A stretch of 64,000 nt of DNA from the human T2T-CHM13v2.0 reference genome, Homo sapiens, in the NCBI RefSeq assembly GCF_009914755.1, contig NC_060932.1; one strand, 5' to 3'. The position numbers and the translations under genes are program-made. Positions 27,966 through 42,183 of this stretch are shown here, piece by piece. How positions within the stretch are numbered: position 1 is the stretch's first letter; each line of letters begins with the position of its first letter. The notes below the pieces were generated by a model, which was given only the letters and a program-made list of their open reading frames with translations, was not told the origin of the DNA and did no database searches.

Positions 27966-30739
27966 TTTAGAGCATCTCTGTAACATATAGTTATGCTAGG
28001 CTTATCCAAAGTTTCAGATGAACTTTGAAGCAGGTCTAGGTGATTGAAAACAAGACATAAATTCTGAGGCTCATATGCACTTGGAGTCTATGTAGTGGCC
28101 TTGGCCTTATTAAGTCTCTCAGAAAAGAATGTTCTTTTTGGTTTTCTTAGTTGGCTTATTTTTCTTCTTCCGTCTCTGCAGCACACCCATCCTTCTCAGA
28201 AACTCTGTTTTCCTCAGCTCTTTATTTTCTCTCCCTGGAAAAGCTACCCTTTCACTTGATTTCAATAATCACCATCCTTTTTTGATCACGAAGGCTTTTT
28301 CTCTAATTAATTCCCTTAAACACCTCCAATCATATCTCCAACAGTGTCAATTATTGCTGGTTTTATATTTTACTATGACCTCACACTCAGTAGGTCCAAA
28401 AGGCAGTTAATTATGTATCTTCTCTTCAGTGTTCCGTCTTTACTACCATCCTGTGATTCTTCTCATATTTGGGCTTGACATCAGTTGGCCTCCTCAATCT
28501 TATTTTGCCTTAGAAATGTGCCCACATCTTGCTATTTCCTCTTCATTCCTGGGATCACTACACCTTTACACATTTTCACCATCTCATATCTGGATTATTT
28601 TAATCACCATGTAGAGGTCTCTCCCTTTCCCTACACACCCTGCAGTGCTCTCTTAACCTTTAGCAATTGCTACTTTTATCATGTTATATAGCTTTGCAGA
28701 GCTTTTGGCTGTTTATCTGTTCTTGCATCAAATATAAACACCCTCTGACTGCTGCTCTACACTATGCCTGTCTCTGAATGCTTCAGAAGTTCATAGACAA
28801 AATCTGTCAGTTCCAGCCTCTGTTGCTGATTTTTACTTGAAAGGCCATCCTCATCCCCTCCATGCCTCTGATCTTCACATCCCTCCAGACCCAGATCATG
28901 TCCCATCTCATGAATATTTACAGGGCCACTTCCTCTTCTCTTTTGTTCTGTTGTCTAAACTCTTATAGTCTTTACAACATTTATTTATATATTGTCTTAG
29001 AATATCATTTGATATGGGGTAGTCTTTTCTCCTCCTCATTTAAATATGGTTCTACCATCCCCACCATGGCCATCTCCAACTACAGCTTTTATTAAACCAC
29101 TTGTAGAGTGAATATCCATGCAGGACAGGCTCTCTGTATTTTTAATGTGTTATATCTAATACAACAACCTTTTGGATAATGATTTTATCTAAAGTGTGCA
29201 ATTGAGGAAATTGAGGTTTAGAAAGGTTAATAGTGAGTCCAAGTAAGAATCATCTAGTAAGAATCAGAGCTAAGTTCAAAGGGCTAACTTCAAAATCCCT
29301 GATCTTCCCAGACTAAACTCATAGATGACACAGAGACTGAGCAAGGGAAGCTTAGTTACCTTGACTTGGTATTAAATGAAATAACAGTATTCCCATAGTT
29401 ACTACTAAGGAATCTTGTCCTTTCTTAAGATGACTAAACCACATTGGTAGGGAGACAACCATAGAAAAACTGAGAATTTGCATCCACAAAGAGGAGATTA
29501 TATTACATAGGTCTCAAAATTGGAGTTTTCCCTCCATCAAGAGCCACTGGTACAAAACCATTAATGGAAGTATTTAAGAGATGCCCTCTCTGTCACATAT
29601 CTGCTGTGGGATTTAAGGAAGGAATTTTCTCTTCTAAACACTCACACATCCAAACTAGAAATCCATGTGGAATATAAGCCACGTTATGCCCCTATATTGA
29701 CATATTAGTTCAAAACTCTGATGGCATGCAGTTGTGAGAGCAGCAGGGAGGAAAATTATATAACCTGATGGCAACTTGATAATTTATACTTTGAGATAAC
29801 TTATTCTGGATTTTCCTCACTTGTATTTCTCCACTTGGCCACGTACAAAGCAACAGCTGCAGTGGTCGTTTTGGAGTTCCTCCAGGATGTGAATGTGAGA
29901 CCTGCCAATCTTCCCTCCTCCTTTCCTGCAGGTACCTACCTGCAGTGACTCTATTGGCAACCCCAAAGTGCTAAAGTTTATCAAGAAGTATGTGGAAATT
30001 AACAAAGAATTCTTTCTGTCTATAGAAAGCATGCTATATTGGGACCTTTCGGTATAGCAGACAGAATGTGTAACAAGAGACTAAAAAAAGCAATATGGTT
30101 CCTCCAAGCAGATAGTGGTGGCTGGGGGTAGAAGTGAACCAGAGACAGTTAGTTTATATACCTCTGAAGAGAACATCTCCTGTGATCCCATTATTGCATT
30201 TTTTCCTAAGTCTGAAATATTTACCCTGGTTTCTATGATTTAATGGAAAGAAAAAACGCTGAAATGCATAAAGGTTTTCATTTCTGATAGAAATTTGGTG
30301 ATTATCTAGTATTGAAATTTGGCTATTTTTTGACATGTGCTTGTGTGTGTGTATGTGTGTGTGTGTAGAGGGAGAGAGGAGATGGGGGGATCTCATGCTG
30401 ATGAATAATTCTGAATTTTTACTTGAAAGATATTTAAAGTAAAGGTTCTTGAGGAGGTGATTTGTGTCTTTAATCTTGCTCAAATGTAAAATAAAGTGTA
30501 ATTCTAAACATCTTTAAATGTTCCTAATTTCAGATCTCACTATCCTCATTAACTTAAAATCAAGGAACAAATATAGGCTTGGCATTTTCTATATATTTTT
30601 TCTGTATCTGCTAAACTATTTTAATTCATAAATTCTATAGCATAAAATAAAATGGAAATACCATTTGTTAAGCAGGGTAATGTGACTCAGTGGTTGCCAG
30701 TGGAAACCTGAAGATATAAAATATACCAGCTTTCTTCTT

Positions 30740-31391
30740 TTTTTAACTTTTTATTTTGAAATAATTATAGACTCACAGGAAGTTTCAGATAAGTGTACAG
30801 GGAGGTCCTGTGTGTATCAAAATGAAGAAACTCACATTTATATAATCAATCAATTTTACAAGCACTTGTGTGTGTGTTTGTATGTGTGTGTGTATTTCTA
30901 TGAAATTTTATCACATATGTGGCTTTGTGTAACAAAGATACAGAGCTGTTCCATTACCTACAGGATTTCCTTGTGCTATACTTTCATAGCCACATCCATC
31001 CCTCACTCACCATCCCTGACCCCTGGCAACCAATAATTTTTTTTGCCATCTCTATAATTTTGTTATTTCAAGAATGTTATGCACATAGAATCATAGAGTA
31101 TATAACCTTTTGAAATTGGCTTTTTCTCCACTCAGCATAATTCCCTTGAGATTTTTCCAGTTTGTTGCCATGTTTCAGTAGTTTGTTCCTTTCTGTTGCA
31201 AAATGATATGCCATGGTGTGGATGTACCACTGTACATCCTTACACCCACTGAAGGATAACCTTACACCCACTGAAGGATATTGGATTGTTTCCAGTCTTC
31301 GGCTATTACAAATAAAGCGGCTATGAACATTATTATACAGGTTTTTGTATGAACATAGGTTTTTATTTTTTCTGGGACAAATGTCCAACAG
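30740..31391 (-). mobile_element. L1MC 3' fragment
   Basis: ttttattttgaaataattatagactcacaggaagtt antisense L1MC end; contains 22-bp tandem duplication at 31238-31280. Confidence 0.8.
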
Positions 31392-32708
31392 CGTTCTTTT
31401 TAAAGAAAAGAAACTTCTTAAAAACTTTTTATTTCTGCCTTATGCAGTAAGTAGAATAATAAAACTAACTTCACGTACATATTTACCTAGTGTCTTCCTA
31501 CTCATACTTAGTTGATAACTATGTTATCTCGCCTCTTGGAAAGATTCTTTTCCTCTGTTTTCTGACCAAAAGCTTTAGAGGACTGGCTTGGTGTTTCATT
31601 CTTATGGAGACATGCTCACATGGAACCACTGCCATTTGCTTTTGGTGAATGCTGTTAATTTCTCAACTGCTTTTTGTAGCTCATCTGAAATAACAATAAC
31701 AAAATTCCCAAAAAGTGCAAAGTCTTATTCCTGTGTTCGAGTTTTAAAACTCTGAAACCTAAAGATAAACTTAACCACATATCAAAATATCAGGTCAATA
31801 TAGATATTCACCTTGAAATTATAGGCAATTACCCTAATTTGCATGAATAGCTTCCCCCAGATCTCCTAAATTCCTGAGTTTAGATTTTCCCAGGAGAGAG
31901 TGAGAGATCCATCACCTTATCCTTTGTAAGGCATCTGTGGGGTGAAGAAGTTTCTCTGAGCCAAGAGAGAGCCATGGATTCTGTCATGAATTAGGCACTG
32001 GGAATGGGATCATGGGAAGTGAGAGTGATGAAACATAGACTTGTTACTCATATGTGGTTCCTTGAGGGCTCGGGATAAGTGTCTTAAAATAGTTATTTTG
32101 GAATAAACCTCACAGCATTTTAGATGCCATCAGAAGGTTAGAAAAAAAAACTTCCAGAAGCCTCCCATTAGGGACAGTGGAGGGAACCCAAAGCTGAACT
32201 ACCCACCTAGGAAGGGGCTGAGGAAGGAAAAACTGCTGCAGGCTGAAGAAGCGTCCACCACTGTGGGACTGTTAGAAACTTCTAGGGGGTGCTGGTTGGT
32301 GGGGGCAGCATCTGCTGAATGGAGTTATTACCAGGTTTCCCCCTGAGAGCTGCAGTCCCAACATCAGAATGAAGAGATCTAACTGCTTAGAGATTTCTGT
32401 TACCATCTTCTTTTTGATGTGAATTACTCTTGAAATGCCGGAGAAGGGACAAATTTCAAAAATAAAATGAATCATACAAACATTGTCAGCTTATTTTTGC
32501 GTAATGGCATTAAAAACAAGCAAAAATTCTAGAACTCTCTCACATGCTGTTCGAAGGAAAGTTTCCCTGAGACTTGAAGGCAACAGATGCCACATACTGA
32601 AAGAAGGTAGACGACTACCAGACAAGGTTTGCAAGGGAGGTGGTGTGAAAACCAGTTCCATTATCTTGACCCTCAGCCATATCAAGAGCATATAAAAGTT
32701 GGGAGATT

Positions 32709-33014
<306 letters not shown>

Positions 33015-33167
33015 TTATGTTTAAGGAAGATTTATTTAAAACACACAAAATATCAAGTATTTGGGGAGGATGTGGAACAATTAGAACTCCCTTTGACTCC
33101 TGGAAGGAGTGTTAACTGGTACAACCACTTGGCGGCACTGGGAGACTCTACTAAAGCTGAACATATG

Positions 33168-33720
33168 TGTTATGGAATGAATTGTGTCCACTCCCCGCAA
33201 AATTCTTATGTTGAAATCCTAACCCCCACAGGGTCTCGCTCTGTCCACCATGCCTGGCTAATTAAAAAAAAGTTTTTTTTTTTTTTTTTTTTGTAAAGAT
33301 GGAGTCTCACTCTGTTGCCCAGGCTGGTTTTGAACTCTCGGCCTCAAGTGATCCTCCTGCCTTGGCCTCCCAAAGCGCTGGGATTACAGGTGTTAGCCAC
33401 CGTGCCTGTCAGAGATACGAACTTTAAAGAGGTAATTAAATTAAAACGAGGTGATTAGGATAGGCACTAATCCAGTATGACTGATGTTCTTATAAGAAGA
33501 GGAAATTTGGACACAGACATGCACAGAGGGAAGACCATATGAGGACACAGGGAGAAGACAGCCATCTACAAGCAAAGGAGAGAGGCCTAAGGAGAGACCA
33601 CCTCTACAGACACCTAGATCTCAGATTTCTAATCCCCAGAATTGTAAGAAAATCAATGTCTGTTGTTATCCAGTCTAAGGTACTCTGTTGTGGTAGCCCA
33701 AGCAAATTAGTATTAATACA
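33168..33720 (+). mobile_element. MLT1B/C MaLR LTR nested in an L1ME fragment (~33055-34235)
   Basis: tgttatggaatgaattgtgtcc start, taataca end, gaggacacagggagaagacagccatctacaagc body. Confidence 0.8.
33229..33411 (-). mobile_element. internally deleted Alu (J-like)
   Basis: cagggtctcgctctgtc joined directly to caccatgcctggctaatt; complete left arm; no tail. Confidence 0.85.
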
Positions 33721-34290
33721 ATCTACCTGTCCTGTGGCCCAGCAAACCCATCCTGAGTATGTGTCACCAGAGATGCATAAATATGTTCACCCAAAGACGT
33801 GTCCAGTTATAGTCAGAGTAGTCCCAAACTGGAAACTACTTAAATACGAGAATTATGGAATGCATAAATAAACTGTGGGATGCTCACATGTTGAACAATT
33901 TTGAGTAACGAATAAATGATCGAGAACTGCAGACAATACATGAACCTCATGATGAAAATGTTGAAGAAGGTAGATACAAAGAGTATATAATGTACAATTC
34001 GGTTTATATAAAGTATAAAAACAGTTGAAGCTACTCTTTACTATTAGAATTTGGCATTTATCTTTGGGGGACAGTAGCTGGAAGGGTGCAACAAGAAAGG
34101 CTTCTGGGGTGCTAGTAATGTTCTATTTCTTGATCTGGGTGCTTGTTGCATAGGTATTCAAATTGTAAAAGTTTGGTGAACTGTACAATTAATATAGGTG
34201 TACTTTTCTGTGTTATACTTCAATGAAAATGTTTTAGTGGGAGATTTTTGATAAAGAAAAGTGGGCAAGAATCCTTCATCTCTTAAGTTG

Positions 34291-34759
34291 CTTGCATTAA
34301 ATCAGTAAGAAGAAAACAAATAATCTCATCAAAAAGTAGGCAAATGACATGAACAGACGCTTCTCAAAAGAAGATGTACCAATGGACAACAAATGTTTTA
34401 AAAAAGTTCGACATCACTAAACATCAGGAAAATGCAAATTAAAATTACAATGAGATACTACCTTGCTCCTATAGGAGTGGTCATTATTAAAAAGTCAAAA
34501 AACAATAGATGGTGGTGTGGTTGTGGTGAGAGGGGAATACTTATACACTGCTGGTGCGAATGTAATTTACTACAACCTCTCCGGAAAACAATATGAAGAT
34601 ACCTTAAAGAACTAAAAGTGGATATACCATTTGATCCTGCAATCCCACTAGTGGGTATCTACCCAAAGAAGTTATTATATGAAAAAGACACGTGCACACA
34701 TATGTTTATTGCAGCTCAATTCACAATTGCCAATGAGTAGATTAAAAAAATATGGGAGA

Positions 34760-34805
<46 letters not shown>

Positions 34806-35166
34806 TACCATGGAACACTACTTGGGCATAGAAAAGGAATGAAATAATGTCTTTTGTAGCAACTTGGATGGAGCTGGAGGCCATGATTCTAAGTGAAGTA
34901 ACTCAGGAATGGAAAACCAAATACCCATATGTTCTCACTTGTAAGTGGGAGCTAAGCTATGAATACACAGAAGCATACAGAATGATATAAAGAACTTTGG
35001 GGACTCAGGATAGTGGGAGGTGGGTGAAGGATATAAAACTACATATTGGATACAGTGTAGTCTACTTGGGTGATGGGTGCATTAAAGTCTCAGAATTCAC
35101 CTCTATATAAGTCATCCATGTAACCAAAAACCACTTGTATTCCCAAAGCTATTGAAATAAAAAAAA
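34291..35166 (+). mobile_element. L1PB/L1MA 3' fragment with (TA)n
   Basis: ORF2 3' region (atgacatgaacagacgcttctcaaaagaag) to ctattgaaataaaaaa; (TA)n at ~34769-34799. Confidence 0.88.
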
Positions 35167-37011
35167 TATTAAATTGCTTGTATTTGCTTGAGGGAGAGAA
35201 GAAGGCACTCCTTTCTGACCCCAACCCTGGGGAGGGGGCTTCAAGGGACCCTCAAACAAGGTGACATGTGTCTTTAGGAGCTTGAGGGACAAAGTGAGAA
35301 ATCTAAAGAGCCTGAAGCTGTGGCTAGCTAACTGCTCTGGTGGCAGACTAAATGAGAGATTTTGATGCTGGGGACAGTTTGTCCCCAGGTTTGTCAGGGC
35401 AAGGGGCTACAGCAGCATTTCTTGTGGGTAAGAGCTGGACCACCTTGCATGAGAAAGTTAGTATGGAGAAGTGAAGGGCTATCCAGGGAGGCTCCTTAAA
35501 AGTAAAAACACACCTCAGCCATAAAGCTGGAGCATTGCTGGAATACTATGAGTATAAACCATAAGGTATAGTTCATAAATATCTACCATGAGTATTCCAG
35601 AAACATAAACTTGTACAAGGGCACAGATGCATTTGCCATAGGTGAGTCACCTCCATTAATGGGGGTGGTGGGATGGTGGCAGTGTCTAAAGAAACCATCA
35701 AAGAACAAACAGTTGCCACCCCTCAAGAACAAGGGTCAGCTTATGACAGTATTCATCAAGTAAGAACCTTCCTGACCCACTTCTCTCCCTTCACCCTGTT
35801 CCAATCATGAAAAAGTCAGAAACTCCTAGTCAGCAAGGGAAGGAGTTCTGTGTGACACTGGCAGAAAAAGGTGACTTGTTTTTCAACATGCTCCACTCTG
35901 AGAAGGAGAGGAAACCACTAACATTTGAATTTTCATTCATAACTGAGCTATCAAATTCCTAGCAGAAGTTGTGGCCCAAGTAATTAAAACTACAGAGCAA
36001 ATTCAAGGGGTTATAAATTGATATTATGCTCCAACCCTTATACTTAGAATACCTGCTTCTCTCCCAGGGCTACACATCATTTTCAGGCCAGATAAGACTC
36101 CCTTCCTCCATGATGCAGACGAGGAAGAGCTATGTGTTCAGCAGAAGTAGGGGTGAGAAAGAGGGAGCAACTGAGGGTAATCCTGAGTGATCAGGAAGAG
36201 GCTGATGGCAATAATCAAAAGATAGATGCAGGAGAAAAGCGCAGGTTTGGTGTTTGAGATAATATATAAGTTTAAATTTGGTGTCTGAGTTTGAGATGCC
36301 TCTGGGATAGAAAGGTGAAAATCTTCATTGGACAGCTTGGCATTCAGGAAGGAAGCTTAGAACTCGCTAGAGTTAGAATCATCAGCATATTGGTGCACTT
36401 GGTATCTTAGGAGTAGGTGTGGTTTACCAAGGAGAATACTGGATCATTACTTTTAAAAGAGAGATTAGTGGAGGAGCCTGTAAAGAAACTGCAGAGTAGG
36501 TAAGGAAAAGAAGAGTGAATTTCCTGAAGCTGAAGCAAGAGAGCCCCTTGAAGAAATAAAGCGATCAACTGTGGCAAAATTCTACAGATGTCATGGAAAG
36601 GAAATATTCAACAGTACTGATTTAACTTCAGAGGACTACAGTGATATTAGAATGGCTATCTTGTGAAAAAAAGTTGAGAGTGAAAGTCCAAAAACATCAG
36701 ACTGTGGAACAAATGGGACATGACAGAGTACAGGAAATTCACATGGACGACTCTAGAAATCTAGCTTTGTGAGAAAGGAGGGCAAAAGCTTAAATATAGA
36801 AAGGGTTAAGGGAAGGGATCCTAATGTTTTCTTGTGCCATGAACTCCAGTGGCAGTCTGTTGAACCCTCTGGGTCTCTTTTCAAGAATGTTTTTATTTTC
36901 TTTTTTTGTTTGTTTCTTTCAAGAATGTTTTTAAATGCAAAAAAAGGAAAATAGAAAATTACAAAAATCAACTCGTTATATTGAAAAATCATTGACCAAA
37001 ATAGTTTTTTA

Positions 37012-37265
37012 AAAAAACCAAACACTGCATGTTCTCACTCAGAGGTTAGAATTGAACAATGAAAACACTTGGACACAGGAAGGGGAACATCACACACCGG
37101 GGCCTGTCGTGGGGTGGGGGGGGTGGGGAGGGATAGCATTAGGAGATATACCTAACGTAAATGATGAGTTAATGGGTGCAGCACACCAACACGGTACATG
37201 TATATATATGTAACAAATCTGCACATTGTGCACATGTACCCTAGAACTTAAAGTATAATAAAAAT
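37012..37265 (+). mobile_element. L1PA (L1PA4-like) 3' end
   Basis: aaaccaaacactgcatgttctcactc...cctagaacttaaagtataat. Confidence 0.92.
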
Positions 37266-37527
37266 ATATATATATATATAAAAATCTATAACAGAACAAT
37301 GCATGTGTGTCTTTGTCAATGCATTAATTATTGGCAGAAATAATACCATATTTGGAAGTAGTGATGAGTGCAAACAAATGATATCTCTAGGTATCTTCAG
37401 CAACCTTTATGTGATAAAAAAATCACCTGTGACCTGGTGACAAAGTCACATGTATTGCTAAGAATATTGAGTTTTGTACCCTACATTTGTAATAAAAAGT
37501 TGAATTTCAGCAAGAAGTTGATGAATA

Positions 37528-37583
37528 CATATATAATAACATATATAATATATATGATATATATAACATATATATCATAGATA

Positions 37584-37621
<38 letters not shown>
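37528..37621. repeat. (TA)n / AT-rich simple repeat
   Basis: Imperfect then pure TA run. Confidence 0.9.
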
Positions 37622-37623
<2 letters not shown>

Positions 37624-37756
37624 TTCATCAGCCCTCCTGAATTCTTTCCATGGTTCCTTGAGAAAGGAATGGATCCAAGGATCTCAGGTTAAGAATCCCT
37701 TGCTAAGGGAAAAGAGGTGTTTTTTTTTTGTTTTTTTTTTTTTTGGTTTTTTTTTA

Positions 37757-38335
<579 letters not shown>

Positions 38336-38486
38336 ACTTGAACACTTTCTACTCACTCAATACCCTTGGCCACACAGAATGCCTTCAGTTCCTCAATGTG
38401 CCACATTCTTCTTCCCCCAGAGCTGCCATTCAAATTGTCTTGCAATCTGGAAGATTATCCCTCCTGTTCACCTTACTGACTCCTCC

Positions 38487-38670
38487 ACCCTTTGGGACTC
38501 AGCTTAAAAACCCCCTCCTCAGAAATGCCTTCTCAGAGGTGTCTCTGAAATAGGCCTCCCACAATTACTCTTTCCTCTACCCTTTGGGACTCAGCTTAAA
38601 AACCTCCTCCTCAGAAATGCCTTCTCAGAGGTGTCTCTGAAATAGGCCTCCCACAATTACTCTCTCTCTC
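38487..38670. repeat. 92-bp tandem duplication inside an L2 remnant
   Basis: 38487-38578 repeated at 38579-38670, one mismatch in the first 85 bp. Confidence 0.97.
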
Positions 38671-39329
38671 AGCATTCTTTGTCACAATTTGTGATCATTT
38701 TATTGGTTCTTATGTCTGTAGTGGGCTCCATAGTGATGGGGGCTGTGTCTGTCTGGGTCCCCTCTGTTGCTGCATGCCCACCACATAATAAGCTCTTCAT
38801 AAATATTCATTAAATGAACCACTGAATAGGGAGCAACTGAAGTTATAAGGGAGATCCCTGGCTACATGCCTGTGGGCAGTTCATCAGCTTTTAACGTAGG
38901 TATGGGTTTCATTAGTCTGTTCTCAGTCATGTTCTGGAGCTGGTGGAAAGCCAAACACATTACTTACATTAAAATGTTTACAAGACAGCATTTAGCTTTT
39001 CTTCATGTACTAAAAAGACCCTTCTCTCTGTCGTAGGCTGAACCAAGTAAAGCTAGACCTGAATATAAAATCCTGGGCTGTGGTATAACAGTTCACATTC
39101 ACGTAGGCAGTACACATGGTATCCATGGGTAAAGTTTCCACCAAGCCAGTATTTTACTATCCAAGTGATGGAAGAGACATTGATCTAGCATTCAGGAGCC
39201 CCACTTCCAGTTCTTGTTTAACTGTTCACGTTTAGCTGGGTGATTTTATGCAAGTCAACCTCTCTGAGCCTTAGGTTTTTAATCTTACATCTTCATCATT
39301 TTTTAAATTAAAAAAAATTTAAAAATATT

Positions 39330-39692
39330 TGTTGTGGCAGAGACTGCTACTCACCAAAATCCATTCTTTCCTTCATAAGACAAGACTATAATTCGAAACT
39401 TCCCTTGAAGCAGGTGGGATTCAGGTCTTGCCAACAGAATGTAAACACAAGTGATGTCTGTAACCTGTGTTTACTTGTTGAAGGCCCTTTAGTCAGGCTG
39501 GAACGGCAAGGACTGGAGCAATCTCAAAAATGGCACATTAGAGATGGTAGAGCTGCTGTCAGACTGGAGTCCTAAATGTGGAACAGAGTCACCCACTGAC
39601 CTGCAGCCTTTGATTAGGACTGTTAAATGAGAAAGAACTAAGCCATTAACTTTTTGGAATATATTTGTTACAGCAGCTAGTGTTTGTTTAAC
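39330..39692. mobile_element. MaLR LTR (old MLT1)
   Basis: tgtggcagagactgct...gagatggtagagctgctgtcagactggagtcc...atttgttacagcagctag. Confidence 0.65.
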
Positions 39693-39916
39693 AAATATAT
39701 ATGCCCTATTTATATTATAAATTGTGAGAGATAGATCTAATGTATGGGAATGAACAGTGTTGGGAGGTGACAAGTGCTGCATGCATTTGTCATCATATTA
39801 TTAATACAGAGAAAACAAATGTCTAGTAGAATGTCTGACATAGGATGTCTAATATCTGTTGAATGAATGCATGGATATCTTGCTGAAAAAAGTCCTGAGA
39901 TTTAAAAAAATCTACA

Positions 39917-40271
<355 letters not shown>

Positions 40272-40917
40272 TCTGTACAACACAACATCACTGGCAATAC
40301 TTGTTTGCACAGGGGAAACCTTTAATTCACTTGGACTCATACGAGTAAAATAAAAACCTCCTATACATACAGGTTTTTTTCAAGAAGATTATTGTTTTCT
40401 TTTTAATACTTTTTCCTTAAAAATTACAAAATACTAAATAACATTTTGACAAAAGGAAAATGTACCCTTAATCCCATTACCCAAAGAAAGCTCATTCATT
40501 TTTGCCGATTCCTTCTAACTTTTATCTATGTGCATGTCTATTTTTAATAGTTATGTCTGTTTCTTCTTCTCCTTATTTTAAAATAAATTTTAATCTGTAT
40601 TCGGTAAGGAAGGCACAGGCTTAATAATTCTCCAGAAAAGATTTCAACAAAGAACCACCTAATATTTCTAACAGTTCCAATTTAATTTTGCCAAGGGGTT
40701 CCATTCTTATTAAAAAGCATACCAGGGAGGGAAGGTGATTTTCATAAGAAAGTACACGGAGTTGTTAATTCTGACTACAATTAAGGTGATCAAGATTATA
40801 AATGTCACAATTTTTCTGCTTTCTATTTAACAGCTATCTTGTGGGTCTTACAAGGATTACCTGGAGGGCAAACGAGTGCATGTGGACTGTATTCAAGGAT
40901 ATAAGTGAATTTAATAA

Positions 40918-41200
40918 TTAATTCAATAAATATTTATTGAGTACCCACTACATCTCAAACAGAAGGTGAACTATAATGAATAAGACACCATGCCTACCCT
41001 TGAAAAGGTTATAGTAGGGATGAAAAACAAGAAGATATTGCTGTGAACTTAAAGTAGGGGTAAGCCCAGAGAAGGCATGTGGAGGAAGTGAGACCTGACA
41101 TTTGAATTGAAGTTAGACAGACAAATGGGTAGAAAGAAGATTGCCCAGTCGCATGGGCCAAAGTAAACAGAAGCAGGAAAGAGCATGGTGTTCATGGGAC
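40918..41200 (-). mobile_element. L2 LINE 3' fragment
   Basis: attcaataaatatttattgagtacccacta start and degenerate L2 body. Confidence 0.65.
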
Positions 41201-41865
41201 CGCAAGTGATTCTATATGCCTGATGTTAACAGAGTCCACTGGGGGAGAAGATGAGAATGGTGCAGTAAGCGGAGGTCATGTCACAGACAGTGATAAGCTT
41301 CATCAGAGTAGTGATCATGTATGTCCAGTGCTGCCTAGAACAGTACCTGGCACATGGCTATTCAATCTGTATTTGTGGAATGAATTAACCTACACCATGC
41401 TATGCAGTTGACTCACAACTGGTCATAGGGATTTGCCTCTTGTTGCAAAGGAAGAGCAAACATGACTGGGAAGAGATGGCTACTCTTCTCTCTCCAGAGC
41501 CTGCATCTATGCTGGTGCTTATTGGTATGCTGGGTATGTATGTGACTACTGCCTGCTTTTCAACACAGGGATACTGCTTTAGTCTCGTGAGCCCAAGCTA
41601 TTTGCTGCTAAACAGCAGAGATGTGGCAATGGAACCCTAATTTGAGAATTGCCTCCTTACCCTAATTTCATTTTTTAAATAGGAGCAGGAATGCCACAAA
41701 TGTAGCTTCTTGGGACATGCTTGCAAAGGAAAGGTATTAATGCCATTTCTAACTCCTAATCCTAGAAGCAGAGTTGGGGTGGAAGGAGAACTAAGGAAGA
41801 AACGAGGGGAGAGAGTGAGAAGGAAGCTGTGAAGACTTCTCCTAATTATTTCTTTGCTCCCCCGG

Positions 41866-42183
41866 GTTTATTGAGGTATAATTGACAAGTAAAAATGAAA
41901 TATATTTAAGGTATAAAATGTGATATTTTGACATATGTGTACCTTGTAAAATGCTTGCCACAATCAAATTAATTAGCATATCTATCAACTCACACAGTTA
42001 TCTTTTTTGTGTGTGTGGCAAGAACACTTAAGATCTCTCAGCAAATTTCAAGTACGCCATGCAGTATTATTAACTATAGTTATGATGCTGTGCATTTGGT
42101 CTCCAGATCTTATCATGACTGAAAGCATGTGCCCTTTGACCAACATCTCCTCACTGCTCCCAACCCCAGGCCCCTGGCAACCT
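41866..42183 (-). mobile_element. L1MA (L1MA9-like) 3' end
   Basis: tttattgaggtataattgacaagtaaaa...ccccaggcccctggcaacc. Confidence 0.8.

Larger units (their letters stand above)
36813..37701 (+). mobile_element. Charlie4-like hAT DNA transposon with nested L1PA and (TA)n
   Basis: Ends aagggatcctaa / ttaagaatccctt; 8-bp TSD gttaaggg / gctaaggg; ttgtgccatgaac...ggcagtctgttgaaccc 5' motif. Confidence 0.7.

Noticed and set aside
29910-30057. Pyrimidine tract plus CAG followed by a short frame containing KVLKFIKK, faintly like RPL36
   Set aside because: Similarity is limited to a few residues; no flanking homology, poly-A or TSD
32279-32295. CTCF-like cttctagggggtgctg
   Set aside because: Three mismatches to the core consensus, including the conserved C after the G run
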